DNA from: Actinomycetota bacterium
GTDB lineage: Bacteria; Actinomycetota; Actinomycetes; S36-B12; UBA5976
Direction of reading: 5' to 3'
Assembly (NCBI GenBank): GCA_009698575.1
Contig: WLPX01000001.1
Span: forward strand, 64,924-128,923
Length of the DNA stretch: 64,000 nucleotides
Part shown: positions 1 through 8,814 of the stretch, in pieces
How the letters are laid out: every line of letters begins with the position of its first letter
Numbering within the stretch: the first letter of the stretch is position 1
Notes under the pieces: generated by a model
The model's input: the letters and a program-made list of their open reading frames with translations, nothing else
Databases searched by the model: none
What the model was told of the DNA's origin: nothing
Made by a program: the position numbers and the translations under genes

Positions 1-898
1 AAACGGTCTCGAATTCAGATTCAAAGTTTCGAATGCCAGATTCATCAGCACCTCGGAATCCGTAAATAGCTTGATCGACGTCGCCCACAATTACTAATGC
101 GCTATCTGCGTTTACCATCGCCTTTAAAAGTGCAACTTGTCCCGGATCGGTATCTTGATATTCGTCTACGTAAATTGCTTTGAAAGTTTTATGTAAATAT
201 TCCTGCACGTCAGGTCGGTGGCTTAAAAGCACTGCGCGATGAATTAGTTCTGAATAATCTAAAACACCTTCGGCATCCAAAACATCCAAGTACTCGTTCA
301 TGAATACCCCGATCGACGACCAGGTAGCTCGACCGGTACTCCGGCCTAACGTAATTAAATCTTCGGGATCCATGATGTGTGATCGAGTGCGCGACATAAC
401 TGCGCGAATCTCTTCAGCAAGTCCACGAGTTCCAACTGCAGGCATCAATTCTTCTGGCCAACTTAATCTTTGGTCGGAAATAGCGTCTGCGAAAAGTTGT
501 CGAGCTCTTACTTGTTGTTCTGGACCTGAGAGCAATCTGGTAGCAGAGACATAGGCTTCATCAGATTGGAACTGACGTACCAAGGAATAGCAAAACGAAT
601 GAAATGTGCTTACTAACGGAACTACGCCGCCGCCCACCGCAGCAGTTACTTGATCTCGCCAATCAATGGCCGCGCGTCTACCGAAAGTTAATCCCAATAC
701 TTGATCTGCTGATAACGCATCTGGTCCCATCAGGCGCGCTGCCATCGCAGCTACTAATGTCGTGGTTTTTCCAGTCCCAGGACCAGCAAGAACTCGCATG
801 GCGCCGTGCTTGTGATTCACAACGCGTATCTGGTCAGCATCAAGCGCGGGTGGCTGATATGGAGATGCCGGGGTTTGATCCAAGATTAAGCGAGTCAT
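1..898 (-). CDS. UvrD/Rep-family ATP-dependent DNA helicase, N-terminal part (gene runs off the window start)
   Basis: Own translation of the minus strand from ATG at 896-898: MTRLILDQ...VLAGPGTGKTTTLV (Walker A), VDEYQDTD (motif II), VGDVDQAIYGFRGA (motif III). Absent from the ORF track because it is open at the window edge. Confidence 0.85.
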   Translation of the reverse strand, partial: MTRLILDQTPASPYQPPALDADQIRVVNHKHGAMRVLAGPGTGKTTTLVAAMAARLMGPDALSADQVLGLTFGRRAAIDWRDQVTAAVGGGVVPLVSTFHSFCYSLVRQFQSDEAYVSATRLLSGPEQQVRARQLFADAISDQRLSWPEELMPAVGTRGLAEEIRAVMSRTRSHIMDPEDLITLGRSTGRATWSSIGVFMNEYLDVLDAEGVLDYSELIHRAVLLSHRPDVQEYLHKTFKAIYVDEYQDTDPGQVALLKAMVNADSALVIVGDVDQAIYGFRGADESGIRNFESEFETV

Positions 899-1012
899 TG
901 CTCCTTATTCCACCACGTACCAGTGACAAATCAGCCGTCGGCTTTCGCATTCCTGAAAAATTCAGGCAAGATTGGAAGGGTAGGCATCGTTAACTGAACT
1001 ATTGATTGGGGA

Positions 1013-3397
1013 ATGTCCGTGGTACCACAGGCAGCAACCTCGACGTTAGTTATCGAAGATGCGGTTTTGGACCGGCGACTTCGTCGACCGGCGGACTTGG
1101 CCCGCTTTGCTGTAACGATAATTGCAATCGCGACCGTTGGATTATTGGCATATGTAGCGCAAGGCACTACAACAGGTATCGAGCAAGATATTGCCCAAGG
1201 TGCCACTCGCCTGCCTGCGCCGCTAATTTTGATCACGAACCTTGTCAGTGGTTTTGGCGCTTTAATATTCCCCGCCGTAGTTGCGCTAGATCTTTTGATC
1301 CGCCGGCGCACGCGTCAATTAGTGGAATCGATCGGTGGCTTACTTGCCACAGTGCTAATTCTTTCCATCGCTTCCTGGACATTGATTCAATCGGATTCAG
1401 CTCGCTTGCTCTTGGCATTTGCCGGAACTATTGATCCCGCTACTGCTGTGCCATTCAATGTTGTTATCGGTGGCCTTGCTGCATTTACAACTGTCGCGCG
1501 AATTATGTCTCGACCACGTTGGAATGTTTTAGCCGGAATAGTTTTGGGATCAATAGCCCTAGCCGACATTCTCGGTGGTGGCGTAACTGCAGCTGGACTT
1601 GGCGTATCGCTTCTCGCAGGTTGGGCAACCGGGTTGCTGATTCGATACTTACTTGGAACTGATACCACTCGACCATCTGGAAACGAAATTGCAAAAGCAC
1701 TCGGTGCTTTGGGCCTGCCACTAACTTTGCTGCGCGCTGCTGAAGTTTTGGAATCTGGCCGTCGATATGACGCAAGCACCACAGACGGGCAACGCATTGA
1801 CTTAATTGTTTTAGATCGAGATCTCGAAGGTGCTGGATTAGCTCAAGCCATTTATCGATCAGTCCGGTTGCGCGATGACACAGGTGGCTCGGGAACTTCT
1901 ATGCGGCGCAGGCTAGAACGCATTGCCCTTAACAGCTGGGCAATTTCTACTGCAGGAATTTCAACCCAGCATTTAATTGCAGTGGCTGAAGTTGGACCAG
2001 ATGCGGCGGTACTTGCATTTGAGCATGTGCCAGGCAGAACTTTTGAAGCAACTGGACATCGCTTAGGTGATGCGGAGTTAGCCGGTGCGTGGGAAATCGT
2101 GAGAGATTTACAAGCTGCACAAATTGCCCACCGCGCACTCATTGCTACAAATTTCTTGCAGGCAAATGATGGTCGCGTTTATGTGCGCGGCTTGGAAGAT
2201 GGCACGGTTGCCGCATCCGATGTTTTGTTGCGCATTGACTTAGCCGAAGCCCTTGTCACGCTATCTCTAGCGGCGGATCCAGCACGCGCGATACAGGCTG
2301 GGCGCGTAGTGCTTGGAGATGTCGGTTTAGCTCGAGCGCTTCCAGCGTTGCAACCGGTTGCGCTGTCTCCTTACACACGTGGGCTATTAAAAGAAAACCG
2401 CGACTTGCTAACAACTTTGCGCGCCACAATTTTGAACAACTTACCGGAAACCGAAGTTGAGCAAATTGAAATTGAACGAGTTAAGCCACGCACTTTACTA
2501 ACAATCGTTGCTGGGTCTATCGCTGCATATTTATTACTAACGCAACTTGGAAAAGTTAATTTCATCGAGGTATTCCGTGCTGCGGATACAAAATGGTTAC
2601 TAATTGGACTCGGATTCTCTGCGGTAACTTATGTAGCAGCAACTTTGGCGCTCTCGGGTGTTGTACCAGAGCGCTTGTCATTTTGGAAAACTTTTCAAGC
2701 CCAGTGGGCAGCATCATTTGCCACATTGGTTGCGCCACCTACCTTAGGATCAGTCGCGATTAACATTCGTTATTTATCTAAGCAAGGTATGCACTCTGCG
2801 TTAGCTGGAGCTAGCGTTGCAGTTGCTCAGGCACTTGCATTTTTTAGCCACATTGCACTGCTATTTATCGCAGTTATTGTGGCTGGTACCTCAAGTGACT
2901 TCACATTTAGGCCACCTCGCACCGCCATCATTGGGTTCTTGGTAATAGCGCTTTCGGCTTCGGTATTACTAACCATTCCTAAAGTTAGGCTTTGGGCCAC
3001 AGAAAAAGTGCAACCAATTTTTTCCCAAGTTGTGCCACGGTTGTCTTCACTTGCTAATCAACCAGCGAAGTTAGCTACTGGCGTTTTTGGTGTGCTGTTG
3101 TTAAATGTTGCTTACTGTATGTGTTTGGTCGCATCAGTTCGAGCTTTCACACCAACTGGATCTGTGGCTGCCATTGCTTTGGTGTACCTAGCTGCATCGG
3201 TAGTTGGTCAAGCTGCGCCAACACCAGGTGGTTTGGGCGCTGTCGAGGCTGCCGTCGCCGCAGGTTTAACTGCAACTGGAATTGATCCAGGCGTAGCAAT
3301 TTCGGCCACCCTAGTTTTCCGACTTTGGACATTCTGGGTGCCAACTATTCCAGGCTGGCTTGCGTTCCAAAACTTACAACGAACTGGCGATCTTTAG
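1013..3397 (+). CDS. Large polytopic membrane protein: N-terminal TM bundle, central soluble kinase-like region, C-terminal MprF/UPF0104-type (flippase-like) membrane domain
   Basis: 794-aa ORF with hydrophobic segments at both ends. The C-terminal third resembles the UPF0104/lysyl-PG synthase TM domain (AAPTPGGLGAVEAAVAAGL). The central IAHRALIATNFL resembles a degenerate kinase catalytic loop. Confidence 0.6.
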   Translation: MSVVPQAATSTLVIEDAVLDRRLRRPADLARFAVTIIAIATVGLLAYVAQGTTTGIEQDIAQGATRLPAPLILITNLVSGFGALIFPAVVALDLLIRRRTRQLVESIGGLLATVLILSIASWTLIQSDSARLLLAFAGTIDPATAVPFNVVIGGLAAFTTVARIMSRPRWNVLAGIVLGSIALADILGGGVTAAGLGVSLLAGWATGLLIRYLLGTDTTRPSGNEIAKALGALGLPLTLLRAAEVLESGRRYDASTTDGQRIDLIVLDRDLEGAGLAQAIYRSVRLRDDTGGSGTSMRRRLERIALNSWAISTAGISTQHLIAVAEVGPDAAVLAFEHVPGRTFEATGHRLGDAELAGAWEIVRDLQAAQIAHRALIATNFLQANDGRVYVRGLEDGTVAASDVLLRIDLAEALVTLSLAADPARAIQAGRVVLGDVGLARALPALQPVALSPYTRGLLKENRDLLTTLRATILNNLPETEVEQIEIERVKPRTLLTIVAGSIAAYLLLTQLGKVNFIEVFRAADTKWLLIGLGFSAVTYVAATLALSGVVPERLSFWKTFQAQWAASFATLVAPPTLGSVAINIRYLSKQGMHSALAGASVAVAQALAFFSHIALLFIAVIVAGTSSDFTFRPPRTAIIGFLVIALSASVLLTIPKVRLWATEKVQPIFSQVVPRLSSLANQPAKLATGVFGVLLLNVAYCMCLVASVRAFTPTGSVAAIALVYLAASVVGQAAPTPGGLGAVEAAVAAGLTATGIDPGVAISATLVFRLWTFWVPTIPGWLAFQNLQRTGDL

Positions 3398-4584
3398 TAA
3401 GAAGGTTTATCCGGTTCGATTTGGCTTACCCAAGCTAATACCCCGCCGCCAACGTGAATTGCATCTTTGAAGCCAGCACCCTTAACGGCTGCTAAAACTT
3501 CTGCAGAACGACCACCAACTTTGCAATGTAAAACAATTTGCTTGTCGTTTGGCAACTTAGTTAATGCATCACCCATTAGGAATTCATTCTTTGGAATTAG
3601 CACTGCGCCGGGAATGCTCACGATGTCGTACTCATTTGGTTCCCGCACATCGATCAATATGAAATCTTTTTCACCGCGCTCGCGAGCCTTAAGCATTTCA
3701 TCTAATTGCTTAACGTTAATTGTTGAATCAACGATTGCTTCGGCTGCCTCAGTAGATACCGCGCCACAAAAAGCTTCGTAGTCAATCAATTCCGTCACAG
3801 TTGGATTCGTGCCACATACTGCGCAAGCTGGATCTTTGCGAACCTTGATTTTGCGATAAGTCATTTCAAGTGCGTCATAGACGATTAGTGAACCAACTAA
3901 TGGATCGCCAATACCGGTTAGCACTTTGATTGCTTCTGTTACTTGGATGGATCCAATCGAAGCGCAAAGCACTCCAAGCACTCCACCTTCAGAGCACGAA
4001 GGCACCATTCCCGGTGGTGGTGGCTCTGGATACAAGCAGCGATAGCAAGGGCCATGCTCTGACCAAAAGACACTTGCTTGTCCATCAAATCGATAAATAG
4101 AACCCCAGACATACGGCTTATTCAAAAGCACACAAGCATCGTTAACTAAATATCTAGTTGCGAAGTTGTCAGTACCGTCAACGATTAAGTCATACTGCGC
4201 GAACAGCTCCATGACATTAGTTGAATCTAGTCGCACTTCGTGTTTGATCACATTTACATATGGATTAATTCCTTTGACAGTGTCAGCGGCGCTATCAACT
4301 TTTGGACGATCAATATCACTTTGGCTATGAATGATTTGGCGTTGCAAGTTTGATTCATCAACAGTGTCAAATTCCACAATGCCTAAAGTGCCAACACCAG
4401 CAGCAGCTAAGTACATCAAAGCTGGACTGCCTAAGCCGCCTGCACCTACGCACAAAACTTTTGCATTCTTCAAGCGTTTCTGGCCAGCCATACCAACATC
4501 AGGAATGATCAAGTGTCGGCTATAGCGACGCACCTCGTCCACAGTTAACTCTGCAGCTGGCTCCACCAATGGGGGCAATGACAT
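3394..4584 (-). CDS. moeZ: MoeB/ThiF-type sulfur-carrier adenylyltransferase with C-terminal rhodanese domain (MoeZ-like)
   Basis: 396-aa ORF with GAGGLGSP nucleotide loop, CYRC and CAVC zinc motifs, and a C-terminal rhodanese loop HCKVGGRS. AAGGAG RBS lies 6 nt upstream of the ATG. Confidence 0.9.
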   Translation of the reverse strand: MSLPPLVEPAAELTVDEVRRYSRHLIIPDVGMAGQKRLKNAKVLCVGAGGLGSPALMYLAAAGVGTLGIVEFDTVDESNLQRQIIHSQSDIDRPKVDSAADTVKGINPYVNVIKHEVRLDSTNVMELFAQYDLIVDGTDNFATRYLVNDACVLLNKPYVWGSIYRFDGQASVFWSEHGPCYRCLYPEPPPPGMVPSCSEGGVLGVLCASIGSIQVTEAIKVLTGIGDPLVGSLIVYDALEMTYRKIKVRKDPACAVCGTNPTVTELIDYEAFCGAVSTEAAEAIVDSTINVKQLDEMLKARERGEKDFILIDVREPNEYDIVSIPGAVLIPKNEFLMGDALTKLPNDKQIVLHCKVGGRSAEVLAAVKGAGFKDAIHVGGGVLAWVSQIEPDKPSY

Positions 4585-4602
4585 CTGGACTCCTTAAAAC
4601 TC

Positions 4603-4610
4603 AACTAGTA
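4603..4610 (-). promoter_or_regulatory. TACTAGTT box 18 nt upstream of the moeZ ATG
   Basis: Plus strand reads aactagta. One of four similarly placed copies (see findings). Confidence 0.3.
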
Positions 4611-4756
4611 CTATCAAACCCTGTTTTTGCCACTCGCGTTTCCACGGGCTTGGAACTGGACAGTAATCGCAAGGACTTCGCAAAAGCCTTAAGCGTAAAA
4701 GGCAAATTCCAACATCCAAAAGGACAGGTAGATGCAAATCCTTTAGTCTTACAGGC

Positions 4757-5449
4757 ATGGAAGAAATCCCGTTTTTTAGCGACACTCTCGCGCGACCTGG
4801 CGCGGTTAGCAATACAACGGGCCATAAATTACAGGCCCGCCGCTCCAACATCATGACGGCTGGCCTTGAGATTTTTTCCGAAAAAGGTTTTCACGCAAGT
4901 TCCATGGATGATATCGCAGACCGAGCAGGCGTCAGTAAGCCTATTTTGTATCAACATTTTTCCTCAAAACAGGAACTTTACTTAGGTGTTCTCGATGAAC
5001 GCGTTGAAGTAATCGTGTCGCAAGTAACAAATGCAATCGAAGCAAGTACTGGAAATAAAGCACGCCTTGAAGCCGCGATCTCTTGTTATTTTAAATTAGT
5101 TGATGATGCCGATCATGGGTATCGATTAATTTTTGAATCAGATTTCACTACAAATCACGAAGTCCGGGCGCGAGTTGAAGATGTAATTTCGCAAGTTTCT
5201 CGGGTTATCGGTACCGAAGTAATGCGCCAGACCGGAATGTCTATGGGTGAGGCAAACATTCTTGCCGGTGGACTTTGTGGCATGGCGCAGGCTGCATCCT
5301 GGCGCTGGCTAAGACTTGGTCGCCCTATTCCAATAGATCAAGCCATAGCGCAGACTTTAGATTTGGCTTGGAATGGACTTGGCGCAGTAAACACGCAAGT
5401 TAGTTCGCCGCAAGCAGACATCCTGCACCTAGAAGATCGCATTGGTTAA
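4757..5449 (+). CDS. TetR-family transcriptional regulator
   Basis: HTH signature SMDDIADRAGVSKPILYQHFSSKQELY. The start is either ATG 4757 or ATG 4853; the former keeps helix 1 intact. Confidence 0.85.
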   Translation: MEEIPFFSDTLARPGAVSNTTGHKLQARRSNIMTAGLEIFSEKGFHASSMDDIADRAGVSKPILYQHFSSKQELYLGVLDERVEVIVSQVTNAIEASTGNKARLEAAISCYFKLVDDADHGYRLIFESDFTTNHEVRARVEDVISQVSRVIGTEVMRQTGMSMGEANILAGGLCGMAQAASWRWLRLGRPIPIDQAIAQTLDLAWNGLGAVNTQVSSPQADILHLEDRIG

Positions 5450-5486
5450 CGTAGACTTTCAGCATCAGCTATCAAGGAGTCAGTAA

Positions 5487-5714
5487 GTGGAAATTCGAAT
5501 CGGTATCCAGCACGCAAATCGCGAAGTTGTTTTAGAAAGTAACGACACAACTGCTTCGGTAAAGAAAGCAATCGACGCTGCAATGTCTGCCGGTTCAGTT
5601 TTGACTTTAACTGACGATAAGGGTCGCACTGTTATTGTTCCAGGCGACAAAATTTCTTTTGTAGAAATCGGTATCCAAGCAACCGGTCACGTAGGTTTCG
5701 CAACTACTTCTTAA
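5487..5714 (+). CDS. DUF3107-family small conserved actinobacterial protein (TB9.4-like)
   Basis: 75-aa ORF with GTG start preceded by AAGGAG. The sequence MEIRIGIQHANREVVLES...GRTVIVPGDKISFVEIG is typical of DUF3107. It follows the TetR gene, as in mycobacteria. Confidence 0.8.
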   Translation: MEIRIGIQHANREVVLESNDTTASVKKAIDAAMSAGSVLTLTDDKGRTVIVPGDKISFVEIGIQATGHVGFATTS

Positions 5715-5756
5715 TTTTGGGAAGTTTTTTGATGTGTTAGGACGCGAGTCCTTACT

Positions 5757-5892
5757 GGTTGCGCAGCAGCGCAACCAAAATAAACACAGTATCTATTGGG
5801 ATGTCTTAGGTTTAGCTAGCTGGACCTCAATGGTTGCGCTACTGCGCAACCAAAATAAACACAGTATCTATTTTGATGTCTTAGGTTTAGCT
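5757..5892. repeat. Tandem direct repeat: two 61-nt copies (5757-5817, 5832-5892), period 75 nt
   Basis: The copies differ at 5 positions, 3 of them in the 4-nt loop of an internal GGTTGCGC-NNNN-GCGCAACC hairpin (5757-5776, 5832-5851). Each copy ends in GATGTCTTAGGTTTAGC. Confidence 0.95.
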
Positions 5893-5910
5893 TGCTAAAC
5901 CTAAGACATC
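5875..5910 (+). terminator. Stem-loop overlapping the stop codon and last codons of the ferritin-like gene; likely terminator for the plus-strand DUF3107 gene
   Basis: 15-bp perfect stem gatgtcttaggttta / taaacctaagacatc with loop gcttgc, followed on the plus strand by cattcttttt. Confidence 0.55.
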
Positions 5911-6543
5911 CATTCTTTTTGCGTGGCCAACTGTCAATCGATTAACCATGGCAGTTAGTTCGGTAGCAGTCATATTTACTTCACCCTCAGGTGGCCGTAG
6001 AAATAATTCTTGTAATGCCGGTCGAGATGCTGCCACTAGCGTTGCCTGGCTAATCATTTCGCCCATCAGGCGTCGACCCCAAAGTGCCAACCTGCCGGAA
6101 ACTTTAGGGTCTTGCGTGATTGCATCTCGGATTCGTTCAATTGCAAAATCCGCATGACCCACATCTGACAAAACTTCAGAAACTAACGTAGCTGTCGCTG
6201 AATCCATGTGAGATGAAATTTCTCGATAGAAATCATTTGCAATTCCATCACCGACATAAGCCTTCAACAATCCTTCAAGCCAATCTCGCGGTGTCAGAGT
6301 GTTGTGAAATTGATCAAGCGCAGATACAAACGGTTGCATTGCAACTATCGGGTCAGAACCTAGCGAAGTTAAATGCGCAGATAGCTGCTCATAGTGCGCA
6401 AATTCAGCAGCTGCCATTTCGGCCAGGGCTGCCTTGTCAGCCAAAGTAGGCGCCAGGCTGGCATCAGCGGCAGTGCGCTCAAAAGCCACTAACTCGCCAT
6501 ATGCCAGGACGCCTAGAAGGTCAATTACTGCAGGACTACTCAC
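5887..6543 (-). CDS. Ferritin-like-fold protein of unknown function (conserved actinobacterial)
   Basis: 218-aa ORF, helical, with an E/H-rich pattern (AAEFAHYEQL, HADFAIERIRD). Located between DUF3107 and rhlE, as in mycobacterial synteny. Confidence 0.55.
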   Translation of the reverse strand: MSSPAVIDLLGVLAYGELVAFERTAADASLAPTLADKAALAEMAAAEFAHYEQLSAHLTSLGSDPIVAMQPFVSALDQFHNTLTPRDWLEGLLKAYVGDGIANDFYREISSHMDSATATLVSEVLSDVGHADFAIERIRDAITQDPKVSGRLALWGRRLMGEMISQATLVAASRPALQELFLRPPEGEVNMTATELTAMVNRLTVGHAKRMDVLGLAS

Positions 6544-6603
6544 AACGCTTAAGGGTAGGCGATATACGGGTACGATTGAAGTCGGCCACGAAAATGTGCG
6601 TGT

Positions 6604-8088
6604 TTGCCTATATCTACCAGGAGTTTTCTCATCGCTAGTTTTGCCGATCTCGGCGTTCCCCAGGACATCTGCTCGGCATTAGCCAGCAAGGGCATCATTG
6701 ATGCTTTCCCCATTCAAGAAATGACTTTGCCGCTGGCTATGGCTGGCCAAGACCTAATCGGACAAGCAAAAACTGGAACTGGTAAGACTTTGGGATTTGG
6801 TATCCCGTTGCTAACCCAGGTAATCACTCCTACAAATCCGCAGTGGGCTGAATTTAAAAATGCTGGCAAGCCACAGGGTTTAGTCATTGTTCCGACTCGT
6901 GAATTGGCAATCCAAGTCGCCGCAGACTTAGAAACTGCTGGCAAGAACATGGGTGCTCGCGTATTGAGTCTGTATGGCGGTAAGGCCTACGAACCGCAAG
7001 TAGAAGCTCTCAAGAATGGTGTGGAAGTTATCGCCGGTACACCAGGGCGATTAATCGACATGATCAAGCAAGGCCACTTAGATTTGAGCGCTATTAAAGT
7101 TTTGGTTTTGGACGAAGCCGATGAAATGCTCGACATGGGTTTTTTGCCAGACGTTGAAACTTTAGTTAGCAAGACGCCAGCAAGTCGCCAAACCATGTTG
7201 TTCTCGGCAACTATGCCAGGACAAATTGTCGCACTTGCTCGCCGATACATGACACAGCCAACTCACATTCGTGCGACTGACCCAACAAGTGATTCCTCTA
7301 TCGTTGATGCAATCGAACAACATGTTTGGCGCTGCCATCAAATGGATAAGCCAGAATTAGTTGCTCGTGTCTTGCAAGCTGAAGGCCGTGGCTTAACCAT
7401 GATTTTCTGTCGAACTAAGCGCGTGGCGGGAAACTTAGCGGAAGATTTAGCCAACCGTGGCTTTGCATCTGCCGCAGTTCACGGCGACTTGGGTCAAGGC
7501 GCGCGCGAACAAGCACTACGCGCTTTCCGCAGCGGCAAAGTTGATGTTTTGGTAGCAACAGATGTTGCCGCCCGAGGTATTGACGTAGCTGACGTGACTC
7601 ACGTAATTAACTACGAATGTCCAGATGACGAAAAAACTTATTTGCACCGTGTTGGCCGTACTGGTCGCGCCGGCGCATCCGGTGTCGCAATCACTTTGGT
7701 TGACTGGCAGGACATTAATCGTTGGCAAATGATCAATCGCATGCTTGGCATGGCATTTAATGATCCAATCGAAACTTATTCATCGAGTGATCACGTCTAC
7801 ATTGGTTTAGGTATCCCAGCCGGAACTACCGGGGAGCTACCAGGTTCGGCTCGCACGCGCGAAGGATTAGCTGGCGAAAAACTTGAAGACTTGGGCGAGA
7901 CTGGTGCAAATAAAGGTAGGCGCAGTAATTCAAGTAGGCCACAAACCAGCAAATCTAGTGCTGCCAAAAAGTCATCAAGTAGTTCCAAGCCGGTAGCTGC
8001 AAATTCAAGTTCAGCTCCAGCGGCAAAACCAAAAGAGCGCGCACCTCGACAACGCAATCGCACGCGCAGCAGTCAAAAAGACGCTTAA
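6604..8088 (+). CDS. rhlE: DEAD-box ATP-dependent RNA helicase
   Basis: Q motif (FADLG...FPIQ), AKTGTGKT, DEAD box (VLDEADEM), SAT, HRVGRTGRAG. Ser/Lys-rich C-terminal tail. The TTG start is uncertain. Confidence 0.9.
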   Translation: MPISTRSFLIASFADLGVPQDICSALASKGIIDAFPIQEMTLPLAMAGQDLIGQAKTGTGKTLGFGIPLLTQVITPTNPQWAEFKNAGKPQGLVIVPTRELAIQVAADLETAGKNMGARVLSLYGGKAYEPQVEALKNGVEVIAGTPGRLIDMIKQGHLDLSAIKVLVLDEADEMLDMGFLPDVETLVSKTPASRQTMLFSATMPGQIVALARRYMTQPTHIRATDPTSDSSIVDAIEQHVWRCHQMDKPELVARVLQAEGRGLTMIFCRTKRVAGNLAEDLANRGFASAAVHGDLGQGAREQALRAFRSGKVDVLVATDVAARGIDVADVTHVINYECPDDEKTYLHRVGRTGRAGASGVAITLVDWQDINRWQMINRMLGMAFNDPIETYSSSDHVYIGLGIPAGTTGELPGSARTREGLAGEKLEDLGETGANKGRRSNSSRPQTSKSSAAKKSSSSSKPVAANSSSAPAAKPKERAPRQRNRTRSSQKDA

Positions 8089-8780
8089 GCTAAAGCACTT
8101 ACTCTTTTCCACAGCGACATTAATTCGCGCTCTAGATAATCATTTAATTGATTGGCATCAAGTGCAGCAAGCGCGCTAGCTAGAACTGGTTCACCAATCA
8201 TTAAGTGAATTCTTGGGCGATGAAACACTTTGCTGAGCGCCTGCAAAATACTGCGCTCCACACTTCCGGATCCAAGTTTCCTAGTGTCATGATGCGCAAT
8301 TGGCACAATAGGCATGGCAACTGACTTGGCTAAGGCAGCTGCGCCCGGTCGCCAAGCGCGAGGCGACGCTTCCGCATTAATCTGCACATCACCTTCGGGA
8401 TACATCAGAACCACTTCATTATTTTTGAGTGCATTTCTAGCAGCGCGATATGCACTACGGCCATCATGTTGATCAGTTGCAATTATTCCACTGCCAGTAA
8501 CGATCTGCTTTGCCAAAGGAAAGTTCCACATATCAGAAGTTCCAACTGGACGTAAGTGTCGACGATGCGAACAAGCCGCTTTACATGGCCCATCAACTGT
8601 GAAGCCGAGTTTGTGCAAAGTTCCAACAACCACGACAACATCAACAACAGTGGTGTGATTCACCACGATCATGGCTGGTCCTGGCTGATCCAAAATTGCC
8701 AGATTTTCCTGGCCATGAATTTCAATTTTTGTTAGGCGACGAGCAAGCGCTGCAAGAAATGTTCCTGGCTGACCTCGCAT
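8085..8780 (-). CDS. Lysophospholipid (1-acyl-sn-glycerol-3-phosphate) acyltransferase family protein
   Basis: HX4D motif NHTTVVD and YPEGD motif of PlsC-type acyltransferases. Confidence 0.7.
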   Translation of the reverse strand: MRGQPGTFLAALARRLTKIEIHGQENLAILDQPGPAMIVVNHTTVVDVVVVVGTLHKLGFTVDGPCKAACSHRRHLRPVGTSDMWNFPLAKQIVTGSGIIATDQHDGRSAYRAARNALKNNEVVLMYPEGDVQINAEASPRAWRPGAAALAKSVAMPIVPIAHHDTRKLGSGSVERSILQALSKVFHRPRIHLMIGEPVLASALAALDANQLNDYLERELMSLWKRVSALA

Positions 8781-8814
8781 AACTTCACCTTACTTTAAAT
8801 AGTTACATCCGAAA

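Noticed and set aside
4569-4856. Three small overlapping ORFs (95, 86 and 74 aa) in and around the moeZ-TetR spacer
   Set aside because: They are mutually overlapping on both strands and overlap the TetR N-terminus. None has an RBS or a recognisable family, consistent with random ORFs in a promoter region.
5757-5892. Possible miniature CRISPR array, given the direct repeats with spacers
   Set aside because: There are only two copies. The repeats (61 nt) are much longer than the spacer (14 nt), no cas genes are present, and the repeat is tied to a terminator hairpin. It is called a tandem duplication instead.
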